Shown: positions 1 through 12,450, counted from the first letter of the whole stretch. The stretch is DNA of 62,591 nucleotides, filler included, from Choristocarpus tenellus KU-1152 (GCA_964200185.2; 11 parts of 11 records of this genome joined end to end with filler, not necessarily neighbours in it); one strand, 5' to 3'. A program made the numbers and translations. The notes: generated from the sequence alone by a model not told the origin.

Positions 1-71
1 GGGTCAAACCCATCCTCCATAGTATGCTCCATCCTCAATTTTGGTGAGAGGCTGTTAACGGAGTACATTGG

Positions 72-328
72 GAGCCAAACTAATTGAGAGGTAGACAGGT
101 TTAGACCCTTCGCATTTTAAGCCATATTTTTTACCCTATGCAATGCACTCTATTTCACCTCTTTACGTGCATGCTAATGTACACGAAATTGATACTCTTC
201 CTTTCCACATACACAATGATACCACAATTAAGCATATGCTCTTTCTGCAATTGTACAAAATGGTATATTTTTGTCCTTTCTCGGATCCTCGATATGCAAC
301 CCTACCTACCTCTCAATTCGTTTGGCGT
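72..328. mobile_element. MITE family F copy
   Basis: Terminal inverted repeats GAGCCAAACTAATTGAGAGGTAG (72) and CTACCTCTCAATTCGTTTGGCGT (ending 328); non-coding interior; no clear TSD. Confidence 0.65.
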
Positions 329-1229
329 GTATACATGCTGGTTTAATATGGGTCAACTCTCAGTAGGGAAGGGTGGAGGGCGTAATTTGAGCCATACACT
401 CGTGTAGTAAGTCATTATTTTTTTTTGTTCTGCAAGTCACCCACTACACTCTAGATCTAGGGCTGGTAACAGCTAATCAAGGACTTCCTTTATTGTCAAG
501 AACAGGAAACATACCCAGAATACAACTTCATTGGATTTTAGAAAAAAAGTGAACGATGCGCCATCCCACAAAATATTATTTATAGATCCCAAATAATCCT
601 TGCTTCTTAGCGGTGGTTATCGCAGCATGTATCATCGCTCACTACAACAGAAAGTGGTACACCACATCATCATCAATATTGCATGCAATTTCTGCTCATT
701 AAAAATTGCAAATTTGTTTGTTTGTGTTGTCATGGAAGAGACTAGACAAAACATGGAAGAAGTACCATTCAACTCAATCCAGATATGCAAATACAAAATC
801 AAACACAAATCTGGTAAGTTTTGTGTGTTATTTGGATGCCGGGGAAATAGAGCGAATATGGTACTGCAGCTTCAATTGTTCTCGGTATACACTCTATAAC
901 AAAATTTCACATGGTATAATAACGAGGGTTTTCAAGAGGTCGAGCAGTTACCATGTCCACTGTCGGCCGTATGACCCCTGACCAGGCTGTGGTCCAGCCA
1001 CGTTGAAATGGCCGATAGCCATAAAGTCAGTCATATTTGAACTCGGTTTTACATGGTTGGCTGGTGGTACTGTTCATGTTAAGAGTGACAGCCATGGACT
1101 CGACCATGATATAACATTTTGTTTTTAGCCGGCCAGGTAATGATTTTTTAATGCTCGGACAGGTCATGTCATGGTCATGCATCCATGTTTACCATTCAGC
1201 CTGCTTGTATCTTGAGTCCTACAATTCTA

Positions 1230-1650
1230 TTGTCATTACTAAACATTTTGTCTGTTGTAGGGCCTGGTTCTATTTGATGGGGGGTGATGAGAACCACCAG
1301 AGACGAGGTTCAGAAAGGAAGTGAGAGATACAGCATACCAAAGCGGTTGTTTTCCCTTGAATTCTCCCCATGGTTGAATTGGTATCTAAAATCACCTGGT
1401 TTCAAGCATTCCATCTTCACTCACTCCCTTCATGGCAATTCCTGCATCAGATCTCAAGAACTCGTAATACAGTGTGCAGGGTACCACAGGATATTCCTCC
1501 ACAAGAACTATGTCCTTGTGAGTACCTCCTCCGCCTTTATCCAGGTACTCTTTCGCAGTCTCAAAATAATGTTTTCTCTCACGACTGCACCTCAAATAGC
1601 GATGACAAACTAACCCTGAAGAGTCGCGGGCCTTACTACAACAAGGCATC
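1230..1650 (-). pseudogene. Degraded DNA transposase fragment, possibly Sola2-like
   Basis: Frameshifted translation ...PCTLYYEFLRSD...YAVSLTSFLNL/RLWWF...TDK/CL resembles the 'LyxxF...ISxSxFxxLRPxWV...CxC' pattern I recall from Sola2-type transposases; contains stops and frameshifts. Confidence 0.35.
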
Positions 1651-1869
1651 AGACGTCAGACAAATGATAATGATAATAAAATATGTGAAAATGCCCACAC
1701 ACATGCACACCTGACACTGAGCAACACCCAGCATCCAACAAAAGAAAATTCAACGTCAAATTTTTGGCGTACCTTCATACCCCAGCATATTCATGCGGAT
1801 ACGCCAAAACTACTTGTAAGAAAAACAAAAACACACGTAAGTTGAAACTTAGGCAATTGCTACATTTCT

Positions 1870-2316
1870 GGCTCAAAGTTCCTGGGGGAGGGGGGAGGGG
1901 GGGTCTACATCAGGGTGTCCATTCGGGCCCTGACCAGGAGAAGTACATTTGCGATATAAGTCAAAGTATCTTAGAGGGTAGAGTTGTGTCTATTTGGGGG
2001 TCAATATCCATTGTTGCGATTTTGATGTAAGTTTGGCTATCGTGTTTGTTAGGAAGTGCTATTATCCATTTTCCGGAATTACCTTTTCATAACATACACA
2101 CTTTCCCTACTCCTAAATATTTTGGAGTAGGAATTTTTTATAAAAGAACCCATGGGAAGCCAAGCCCCAAATGGACTAATAGGAAAAAAACTTCTACCCT
2201 CTAGTGTACTTTCACTCTTATCCATCCAACGCATGCAACCAAATCACCCAAAATCGAGACATGGAAAAATGGACCCCGAATGGGCAACTGCCACCCCCCC
2301 CCAGATGCTTTGATCC
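1870..2316. mobile_element. MITE family B copy interrupted by a family A copy
   Basis: GGCTCAAAGT..GGGGG start, CCCCCAGATGCTTTGATCC end, TTCT duplicated on both sides (1866-1869, 2317-2320). Confidence 0.85.
1958..2217 (+). mobile_element. MITE family A copy (~260 bp) nested in B
   Basis: AAGTCAAAGTATCTTAGAGGGTAG ... CTACCCTCTAGTGTACTTTCACTC; flanks ATAT/TTAT; interior matches the other A copies. Confidence 0.9.
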
Positions 2317-3233
2317 TTCTCCTCATCTTTGTCCAACCACTCGATGGTACACAACTTGTAGGGGACTGAGAACCAGCTGCAACAATGGCATCCTCCTCTT
2401 CAGTCGTTGCTTTTTTGGAGCTAAACGCACCTTCGCCTCTCTGGTCCGCCCCCGACTTCATCACCACTTTATTTCTTCTACCTCCACAAGCAAATCCACT
2501 CACAGCCTGTCATCCAAAGGTTGACTTCACTTTCCTTTTCCCCTTCCACATGTTGTAGAATCATCGTCATCAATAAAGGAAGAGTTACCTGCCCTGTCAA
2601 GGAAAGCCTGTGTGGCGTGTTGTCTCTTGTTGCATGCTGTAACTGTCTGCACAATAGCAGAGGTAGATACATATGTTGGGTGGCTTAGCACCTAGGTTCT
2701 CTAGTGTTGGGGTTCGGATGCTGGTCTTGTCCTGAAATCGACACCAAACTAGAGTCCAGTATCCATCCTTCACAATAAAACTTGAATCCCCACACACACG
2801 GAGCTATTGCACGCATAGGTTGTGCAGTATCTTTCCACATTCCCGACAAAAATATGACTTGCCCTTCAATTAATTTTGTGCAGTGGCATCCCCACCAACA
2901 ACACACACGTCCTCATTGCCTATTGTTGTTGCCTATTGCCGCACCAGTAACCACTTGTAGTATTCCTCCAATATATTGTGAACTTTCCTGTCTGATTGGG
3001 TGCTGGGTTCTGGGTCTTGGGGTCCTGAGTACTGAGTGTTGTCACTGGGTATTATTGTGTACTTCGACATATTTTGGATGTGTGAGGGAAAAGGTCAAAT
3101 CAATCTCATAAGGAGGATTGTAGAAGTAACAGCATTTATGATTGTTCTCATTCAGGTTTGGTCTGGGTTTTTCTCTCCATTTCACACCTCTCCAAAATAT
3201 TTTATGTATATATATTTAGGTTAAATTTACATT

Positions 3234-3638
3234 TTTATTATTGTGCCCTCTTACATTTTGTAGATGTGTCAGGGGAGAATCCAAAGAAAACTAATCACAT
3301 GTCGAAAAAATCCCCAAAAAGTAACAGTTAATCACAAATGTGAAAAACATTAAATCTATTTACTATTCTACTACCAGCTAATAAACTGGACCACTGCCTG
3401 TGTCTCCAACCTAGCTTATTCCTGCACCCCAAGGTGAGGAGCCAGGGAAGCACCCCAAGAATCTAACAAGCCCCTCCTTGCCCATCTCCCTGGTGTCTCC
3501 AGCTTGAAACGCATGACACGTCTAGACAGGGCCACCTGCGTTGTAACAAATACTAGTCGTAGGTGGGATTTGACCGCTCCTTTCCTGGTGTACCTCCAGT
3601 TTCTTCCCCCCTACCGCGTGCGCAGCTTGGCCATCCAG
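3234..3638 (-). mobile_element. tRNA-headed SINE-like element (family C), near full length
   Basis: On the minus strand: A-box-like TGGCCAAGCTG, B-box-like GGTCAAATCCC, body matching 24622-24935, and 3' tail CTGACACATCT..AAAATGT..GAGGGCACAATAATAAAA. Confidence 0.65.
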
Positions 3639-4263
3639 GAAACGTTCTGCTTCCATATGGAGGTGTCCAAAACTTTCAACCACAACAGTGTTGAGGTTAG
3701 AACTCTGAGGATAAAAAGACCCTTGTAGTCAATTTACATCACCCCAATTTTTTATGCTATTTTGCCTCGTTGAAATACAAGATAAAACCATTTATGTTTG
3801 GGTGTAGGTTGGAACGGAATAAGGTCTTTGCTGGGTTGGGGTCTCATGATAGTTTGAAGTAGTATCCATCTCTTTCCATCGAACAGTCGAATCTAGTAAT
3901 GAATGACCAATTTAATATATATGTTCATAATAGGAGAGTTTCGGGTTTCTTGATTCTATATTAATTCTTGTAAATTGATAAGCAATTTCTTTTTAGAACT
4001 ACATAATGCCTCAGATATATAAAATATATATTTTTACTATATATTCGAACCTATCAAATATGTAGTTTATAAAACCTTGTACTTTTATTCCTATAAAGGA
4101 AAACGTTAAGAGAATAATGTTGTATAGGTTGAAAATTGAACCTTCTAACTCTCAACCCTCATCCACCCCAACACTTAACATTCCAATCTGGATCTGGATA
4201 CACTAATCACCACAGACTCTCTACACTCAACACTCAACACAGTAGCCATCCATTCATTTTTAG

Positions 4264-4870
4264 TTCTCGCTTAGTGGGGCTACGATTTATGGCCGAGGAC
4301 TGTGCTGGCTCTGGGGGTTGGGGGTCCTGGTGTGTTTTTGCTACCCTGTTATGTTGCTCTGGCATCGTTCTGGTGCTTGAGTGGAAGGAGGAGGTGTGGA
4401 CTTCGTTTGATTGTGTTCCAATGGTCAACCTTGAAGCATCTCAGTTCATGTGCATGCCGTAACGTTTTCACACGATTATCCTCACTAGAGTGTCCTGAAA
4501 TCAATTATTCGAAGACATGACCCAAATCCTACGCTTACGTTGCCTTCCTTCTTCTATGTGTGTGTTTGCAGTGCGATGAAGACCTGCAGGTGTGGTTGCT
4601 GACTGCTATATCAGTAACGGCTTTCTGCGGCGTGCTTGGAATTGTTTTTCACGGGAAAGGGGATGTGCGATATGCCCGTTCTCGCTTTCTAGACGACGAT
4701 AGTTTGGCGGTGGATAGGGAGCTAGAGGTTGGTTTGGATCTGAACCGGATGGAGAGTGGAGAGTCCACCCAGCCAACTCCAAGTGTGAGTGGTGGCAACG
4801 AGGTTGAAGAGGAGACGGGCCCTGCTTCGATGATTTCCAACTCAACAAGGGGAGAAGAATCCTTTGCATC
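4264..4870 (+). CDS. Two internal exons (4264-4393, 4572-4870) of an unidentified membrane protein
   Basis: AG/GT borders in compatible phase; joined peptide ...WCVFATLLCCSGIVLVLEWKEE|CDEDLQVWLLTAISVTAFCGVLGIVFHG.. has two hydrophobic helices. Confidence 0.55.
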
Positions 4871-5809
4871 GTGAGTCTTGGAGGAAACAGACCTGACTAG
4901 CGTATATTACCATTCCCGCAAAACCTCTTAAGGGAGGAATGGGGTAAGGAGATTTGGGATGTCCTACTTTTTCCAAACGTATTGGATTGCTATCGACCTT
5001 GCACAATTGCTCTTGCACATGACAGGAATTTGTCAAGTCGAACACAACTGGCTTCTCGGGCTTCGGCTTCCCTTCAACAGCAGTACTTTGGACCGGGGCC
5101 AAAGGTGAGGTTGCCGTTCGCCGAGTTGGAAGAGTCATTTTTGCTGAAATCGATATAGGGATGGTGCGTTTACGCTGCACTGTCAAGATAGTTTCGGCAG
5201 CTTATACCTTGGGGTTCTGGTGAACAAAGTCGGAAGAAGCAATTCGTACCTCCTTGATACAGTTGAGAATTTGTCAAGGGTTTTTCTAATTTTTTCTATA
5301 TAGCCAACCTACTTTTACATGTCTCAAAAGATCCCAGAGGCAGGACATTCCTCCTGTCCTTCTCTGCTGTAGGTATATCTTTTGCTACATGAGGCAGAAA
5401 CTGGTTGCTTTCTCCAAAGATGCCATTACAATCGTGTAGGTCTTGACCCGCATCAAGGATATTGTCTTTTTCTGGTTCTGATGACAACTTCTCCTTCACT
5501 TTTAACATTTGTTTGATAAAACTATGCAAGGGAGAGGTTGCATGGCCAATGGACTTGCAGTTGATTGAAACTGGAAACCCTTGTGACAAGAGAAGGCTTG
5601 TGCGGCTTGTCATTTCTTTGAGACCCAAAACATATTCTGTATGGACTTTTCACAGGCTTTGTGTGAATTGGTACTTGTGTAATCTTGAAGTTGCTCACAC
5701 CTTGACATCTGCCTACAGTAGCATGCTTGTTTAGATTTTATTGTGGAGTACGTGACCAATTCATCAAATTCGTGTAATATGGTTTATATTGTGGTTATCA
5801 TGTAATGTT

Positions 5810-6260
5810 CATAACTTTGCCAAGACCTTCCCTACATCAAGTGTGTAATCTTCCACGGAGTGCCAACCTCAACACAATTGTGTAGAACCTCTTTGTATCA
5901 ACTACCCAATCAGTGCCTCGTATCAAAGCAGGGGTGGCCTCTACCGTACGCTTGCAATGTCCCCCCCTACCTATATTTTGAATACCTACCTACATTCACC
6001 TTACTGGCTGCCCAGGTGTACCCTGATGCAGTCTTCCTCCTCTTGGTAGTAAGTCAGTGGTTCCTAGCAGGGTGGAGTGTGGTGGGGGCAATCATATATG
6101 TAAGGCTATTTCGGGATGAATACACATGCTCACGTGAGTACCTGCACTTATTTTCTTGGCAAACAGTAAAATGGGAATGGAATGTTCTACGGAATATTGG
6201 AGACATTGAAATACCCTCTGTTCTGTTGATACTATTTTCCCTATGATGGTTGAGCAATGA
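5810..6260 (+). pseudogene. Non-LTR retrotransposon reverse transcriptase relic
   Basis: AKTFP (cf. AKAFD), SKQGWPLP (cf. GVxQGCPLSP) and YPDAVFL (cf. YADD) appear in the expected order. Confidence 0.45.
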
Positions 6261-7789
6261 CCTGTCTATAGGTGGTTGAGGATGAGATTAGTTACCTCTT
6301 TTTTATCCTGCATAGTATAGTTTCTAGTTCCATATTTTTGCTTGGCGCAGTCCTTTGGAAGTGACTCACTGGGTTTGGATTTTGCTTAATTTAAATCCAT
6401 TGGAGGTGTTCATTTCTTGGTGCGTAACTATGTGCAGAGCATATTGTTTTTGTTAACACAAGCTGGTCCAATCACCCCTCCACCCCCACAAAACTTTGTG
6501 CTGCTTACTTTTCATGTGCCTGTAGCACTCCTGCGGCACTGGACATTGTTGATTGTAATAATAGGTTTCCTTTCATGCCTCTTGACAGCCTGCTACAGTG
6601 GAATAATGTGCTGCATGCTGGGTAGCATCAGTGGCACAAGGGAGAAGCAAGATGAGGGGAAGAGGTTTGATCATAGCCAAGTCAACAGCAACGTAGATGG
6701 CATGACTTGAAGTATTGTGTGAATTGCAAATAGCACGACAATACTAACCTGCGTACACGGCATTTGCAAGTATATACATAAATAGCCTGAACTCCAAGGC
6801 ACCAACGCCATCCCCAGTTTGGTTCTGAGGGGTTCTAAAGGATTTGCTATGGAAATTCGACTTTGTGGCAGCTTGAACTCTCTTACGCTTGATGCTCTCA
6901 TTGGGGTAGACCACTGGTGGTCTATGTGTCCGCAATATCTAGGAATGGTGGAGTGTCAGGGGTATCAACCATGGCATTTTCTTAGACTCTAGTATGGCAG
7001 GACTACTTCCCTGGTTAACCTTGGCTCAGTGTGATTTTCTTGTGGAGGATGGAAATGCACATTGTTCAAACAGATCCTGTTTTTTGTGTTGTTCTGCTTA
7101 TCTGAGGTATTGTTTACTGGGAGTCTTGATTGATAGTAAATATATCACTCACGGCCTTCATTTTTGCTTTTTGTATTTGGTAGGAGTTTTGAGTTTTTTA
7201 GTATGATGTCACAGCGGTTTGAAGAGTCTCATGAACAGTTATGTTGCAAATATGTTCCTGGGCTGTACAAGAGTCTGTGTGCTCTTTTGTTGCTGTTTTG
7301 ATGTACAAGTTGAATGAATAGTGGTTTATGTCGCAGATAGTGTGCATCATGGGAATAATTGCCACGTAACATGCTTCTCGTGTCTTGAGTGTGTTGCCTC
7401 CCCCTCTCCCTTATGTGAAGAGGAGGCAAATCAAGAATGCTGGGCAATTTGAGTTGTGTGAGATCTGCTAGGTTGGTTGAGATGCTTTGCCCTTGCCACT
7501 CCAAGGTTACAAGATCATGTGCATGTTGATAAGTAGTTTGTGTTGAACATACATGAATTGTTAATATTTGTTGGGAATATACAGAACCCCAATTGAAAAT
7601 TGGGCAATTAAAACGTATTTGAGAGTAAATGACTGTGTAAATATATATATATATATATATACAAAACATCACAACTTCCATGAATGTGACAGCATCCATA
7701 GTATAACTAGGTGATAAAAGTGTTTCTACTTTTTCTAGCTTCATCCTAAGGACAATAGCTGCAGAGCATTAAAATGTAAAAAGAACTAT

Positions 7790-8230
7790 TGCGAAATACT
7801 GGAAGCTAGTATCTATGACTGTGGACAATGCATGAACTGAATGTTAAAACAGGGAAAATTGCCCTTCAAATAGAAGGGTATACTTATAAAATTCAGAACA
7901 CTGATCAGTTGATAAATTCCTTAATCCGAGAAGAGCGGGTCATCTCCATTAGCGCCATAAAGGCAATTTGGAATATTATCACCAACGTGCGATGAGGACA
8001 ATCTAAAGGTTGTTGATACTCATGTTGAAGAGGCAGTATCATTTGAAAGGGATATGTTGCACTTGACAAATGATCGTAACAGTAGAGTGAACTTCTTTAG
8101 ATACTACAGTTCCGGACCCTACCTTCCCACATCTAGAAGGAAATTGAGTGCCCTCTTTTGTGACATCAGTCCATGTTCATGGATTCATCGAATATTTCGG
8201 CAGACAGTTCATCTTCCAGCATGTGCAATA
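7790..8230 (+). pseudogene. Possible hAT transposase relic
   Basis: KLVSMTVDNA (cf. TTDNAxN), then RKLSALF..HRIF resembling the hAT dimerisation region; heavily decayed. Confidence 0.3.
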
Positions 8231-9381
8231 CAAAGTTGACTTTCTGATTGTTCACGATCACAAATCTGGTGCTGATGAGTATTTTGTGCGGCCCATAGAG
8301 CCAAGGAAGGGGTTGTGTAATGAGTGACAGAATACAGTTGGCACAAAAACAATACCAGTAGTGAGACTGAGGGGGAGAGCTGAGCTTGACTGGGATTGCC
8401 ACTCAACTTCGCCAAGTGTCTAGGAAAGGGCAAGGTTACGAAAAATCTTGCTCAACTACTGTAGGTTCGTTGTCATATAAGGCAGTTCACTGCCGCAAAT
8501 CAAAGTCAAATAAATTACAGTCTTAGTATTATGTCAACAAGGTGAACAAAAAATTGTCCACTCATCATCTTGACAAGTGTTGCACATGCACTCCCATGAT
8601 GCAATGGATGAGCTAACCAAGTCAAGGGGGTGGCAATTCAATACAACTATCAACACTATAGAGTCGGAAATCAACACAGGTATGAACCTAGGAACTAAAT
8701 GTTGCCAACCAAAATGTCATCATTCTGATGTGACAAGATATTGTTGTCAACCTTGGAAGGTCAATGCAAAATAATATGAAGACAATGCAACAGGTCCATC
8801 CTTCAACAGTCACAGTATGCTAAAAATGAAAATCCCTCGGTTTGATTTCCCCTGAAGATAAACGGCTTTGTGCAGTCAACTTGATGAGCGTGGGTAACCC
8901 AGCAAAAAGTGACTTGAACAGTAACCTATCCTAGCCTATACTGTGCTGTTTCACCCATATGTGGTGTGATAATCTACTGTGTATGAAATCTTAAAGTAGA
9001 AGAGGAAGAGATATACATCTCCCCTTCCACTCTCCCCATGTTTTTTTTGTAAGGGACATGCGGTCAAATGCTGAACATTGTAAACACTTGTAGCAATTTC
9101 AACGGTAAAATCAGGATCAGCATTATTCCCTATTGCCAGGACGAACCAGAGGGCTGCTACAGGCACCATAAATTATATTTTGCATGTTTCTCCCAGTCAG
9201 GGCAGTCAACATCTCGAGTAGGTCTCTATCAACAAAACTGCAGGTCGTGTGGCATTGTGGTGAGGGCATTCTGCGTTACTGTGAGCAAGCTTTCAAGCTG
9301 AGGAATGGCATTGATCCAATCACCACATCCCGCAGCACCCACACAGCATATGGTTCCGCCTCCCTCAAAGTCCGTCGAGGA

Positions 9382-9749
9382 TCACCCGCTAACACCATTA
9401 ATAGCGTGCAGCTCAACTTCAAATATCAGATCTGGGGTTGACAGAGAATGGTGTCAGTTTAACACTCGAGAGCTGAATATAGCATACCATAGGAACCAGT
9501 CAAACGGATTCGCATGTTCTCACTGGTTGAATGATGGTAAGATCACATTGATTCGTGTTGTCAAATTACCGTTCAAAAAAATCAAAAATAAGTTCCAGCA
9601 CCATTTCCACCCTCTCTTCCAAACCCAAACTTACCAGCATTTGGGGGGATGACTCCGCCTGCCCCCTCCCGTCCATAGGCATAATCACTAGTGCACCGAA
9701 GAATGGCTTTTTCCCCGAGTGACATCTGGGGCACTCCCTCATCCCATCC
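9382..9749 (-). CDS. FKBP12: FKBP-type peptidyl-prolyl isomerase (FKBP12-like), last two exons (9749-9635, 9431-9382)
   Basis: [38 protein letters not shown]|[16 protein letters not shown]; canonical splice sites with matching phase; 5' exons cut by the contig spacer. Confidence 0.95.
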
Positions 9750-9828
9750 CTGAGGAATATCCAAGAGTGGGGGGGGAATGAAAAATTTGAACATTGGCAA
9801 AATGATCTGATGCCGAAAGGACATGTAG

Positions 9829-9928
9829 NNNNNNNNNNNNNNNNNNNNNNNNNNNNNNNNNNNNNNNNNNNNTTAATTAATTAANNNNNNNNNNNNNNNN
9901 NNNNNNNNNNNNNNNNNNNNNNNNNNNN
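9829..9928. other. Artificial contig spacer N44-TTAATTAATTAA-N44 (also 12451-12550, 20308-20407, 34806-34905, 40375-40474, 43581-43680, 47271-47370, 50037-50136, 53954-54053, 57478-57577)
   Basis: Identical 100-nt construct with a six-frame stop linker, present ten times. Confidence 0.98.
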
Positions 9929-10078
9929 CTGTTCACTAGGGGTCAATTTTTTCATGTCGCGATTTTTGGGTAATTTGGTTGCATATGTTGAATGGATAAT
10001 GAAAATGCACCTTTCCTGATTTTGGTCCAAATGGGCACCCTGGTGTAGATCCCCACCACCCCCCAGATACCTTGGGTC
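9929..10078. mobile_element. MITE family B partial copy
   Basis: B interior ending CCCCAGATACCTTGGGTC; cut by spacer. Confidence 0.85.
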
Positions 10079-10657
10079 ATGATTAGAACAGAACCCTGTG
10101 AGCTCAGAAGGGTGGAGTTCTTACATCAGAAGAACACCTGAGCCGTGAGCACTCATAATTCGCTTGAATTTGCGAAGCATTCTGAGCTCTGATATTTGGC
10201 AAGGCATTCCAGGGGAGATTGGACGATTGAAGACCTTTCACACAAACGGTGGTCGATAATAGGTGCGAGAAGGGACGGAAAGTGCACTGTTTCCTGTGCT
10301 GAACACGTTTAGAGTCGAAGGATGATGCCTTCACGGGTCAACAACAGAGTCTCGTAGATTTGTTAGAGGTGTCGCAGCAAAGAGCACTAATGCGGCACAC
10401 CCTCAAATCTGCTTAGGCGGAAGCTACGGGAGAGCAACTGCTGCAGACTCTACAAAGAGTTGCACAAGTCAGAAGAAACACGTAATATGACCTCACCACA
10501 ATACAGTCAGGTTTGTTCCAGGAAACCAAGACGTTTCAACTGTTTCAGCCATAGATCGAGCTAGTGAGCAGCAAGAATAGGTGGGGGCTATCTTGAGAAG
10601 TCCAATCTGGGCAACTACTTCCGTGAGGGAGGCAGTTGGAAGCCAGGGCCAGGTAGA

Positions 10658-11010
10658 GTGCTGTCTGAGGCCTTGTTATCAGGCGTCCAACCTGCTGCTT
10701 TCAAGTCTCTTCTCCTCAGCAAGGTGAAGTTCAACCCTGAGCTGAAGAAATATCCAGATGAGATCATGGATTTGATTGAGGACAAGGCGGAAAAAAGGAG
10801 AATTGCAGAGAAAGTCATGACTTTCCATGGCAAACGTGAGAAGAATGAGGCCAAATTTGATGACAGAGGTAACAGGGGTAGTAATCGTAATCATGTCAGT
10901 GATAAGAAGGCTGACAAGAAGGTTGGTGAAGGTAAGACTGGTCCCAAGGAGAAATTTGAGGGCACTTGTTTCAGCTGTGGCAAGACTGGTCATCGTGAGC
11001 AAGATGGTCA
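10658..11010 (+). pseudogene. LTR retrotransposon gag relic with zinc knuckle
   Basis: FEGTCFSCGKTGHREQDG is a decayed CX2CX4HX4C motif following a lysine-rich gag-like region. Confidence 0.7.
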
Positions 11011-11140
11011 TGCCCGAGTTGAATTCAGTTGGATTTATAAACAAGATGCCAGGAGCCCCTTAGGGCAAAGAAGTGAGCCGCCATCAAGAGGCGCAAAGCA
11101 ACAGTCATTGGCACACAATGGGCAGTCTGTACTACACAGT

Positions 11141-11397
11141 AAGTCAAAGTACCTTAGAGGGTAGAGCCATATCCGTTAGGGGACGAATATCGAATGTTCG
11201 ATTTTGATGTAATTTTGGATATTGTGTCTGTTAGGAAGTGTCGATATCTTTGTTCCGAAAACACCTTTTCATAACGTATACATTTTACCTACTCCAAAAT
11301 ATTTCAGAGTAGGAAAATGTCATAGAATACCCTTGGGAAGCCAAGCCCCCAATGGACAAACAGGGCAAAATTCGCACCCTCTAAGATACTTTCACTC
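11141..11397 (+). mobile_element. MITE family A copy
   Basis: AAGTCAAAGTACCTTAGAGGGTAG ... CCCTCTAAGATACTTTCACTC; perfect 4-bp TSD CAGT. Confidence 0.92.
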
Positions 11398-11429
11398 CAG
11401 TCTACTGGTTCGAGTAGATTAACTACCAG

Positions 11430-11825
11430 TCACCAGAGCACCATTGTGCTGCTGAAATTCTTCTTCCGCCTCCACCATCATGGTCGGAGCACGTTCAAGT
11501 AAATGAGTGGCTGAGTCATCATCACTTTCACTGCTGTCAAGATCTACACTCTCTTGTAGGGTCTCTATACTGATGCTCACTCGATGTGTGGACACACCAT
11601 CCTCTTGATTGAGACTGGCAATCCTGAGCTCCGACCGCCATTGAGATCACCCTTCATAGTTTTGGATCCAACAAAGAGCACATCATCATCACCAGGGATG
11701 ACGGCAAATATTCGGTTCCTTAGCACCACAGGTCCATATCCAGAGTGCAGGGCCATATGCAGTCTCAGGGTCACCTCCTTGATCCCCAGTGAAGCACTAT
11801 TGGTCATCTTTACTGACATCTGATC
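11430..11825 (-). pseudogene. Gypsy-type aspartic protease C-terminal relic, inverted relative to the gag relic
   Basis: GYGPVVLRNRIFAVIPGDDDVLFVGSKTMK resembles the retropepsin C-terminal 'DxxLG' region. Confidence 0.5.
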
Positions 11826-11911
11826 AGTTGATGGGTATATTAAATCCCCACTTTTGTCCTAGCCGGAGTGCACAACCACGAGCCAAACACACATCTAATG
11901 AATCTACGAGA

Positions 11912-12177
11912 GAGTGAAACTATCTCAGAGGGTACGATTTTTGCCCTGTTTGTCCATTTGGGGCTTGGCTTCTCNNNNNNNNNNGGGTTTTAAATGACAT
12001 TCTACCTACTCCAAAATGTTTCGGAGTAGGTAAAATGTATTCGGTATGAAAAGGAGTGTCCAGAACAAGGATATTGACATCTCCTAACAAACATGATAGC
12101 CAAAATTACATCAAAAATGCAACATTTGGTATTGGCCCCAAATGGACGCGGCTCTACCCTCTAAGATACTTTGGCTC
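11912..12177 (-). mobile_element. MITE family A copy (small internal N gap)
   Basis: GAGTGAAACTATCTCAGAGGGTAC ... CCCTCTAAGATACTTTGGCTC. Confidence 0.88.
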
Positions 12178-12241
12178 TGATACCACGACTGACAGTTGGT
12201 GTGTACGCGGTTCTAATGGTGATAAATACAGGGCATCTCCT

Positions 12242-12450
12242 GAGTGAAAGTATCTTAGAGGGTACGAGTTTTGCCCTGTTTGTCCATTTGGGGCTTAACC
12301 GCCCACAGGTTTTAATGACATTTTAGCTACTCTGAAATATTTCTGAGTAGGTAAAATGTATATGTTGTAAAAGGGAGTGTCCGGAACAAAGATATTGAAA
12401 GGCTCAAAGTATCTGGGAGGGGGTGGCGGCTGTCCATTTGGGGTCAATTT
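12242..12450 (-). mobile_element. MITE family A copy (12242-12400) interrupted by a family B start (12401-12450)
   Basis: GAGTGAAAGTATCTTAGAGGGTAC..., followed abruptly by GGCTCAAAGTATCTGGGAGG; cut by spacer. Confidence 0.85.

Noticed and set aside
4842-5628. Minus-strand ORFs of 110-114 aa
   Set aside because: No recognisable domain and no consistent splice model.
9829-9928. Recurrent TTAATTAATTAA palindrome flanked by Ns
   Set aside because: Artificial six-frame-stop contig linker, not biological.
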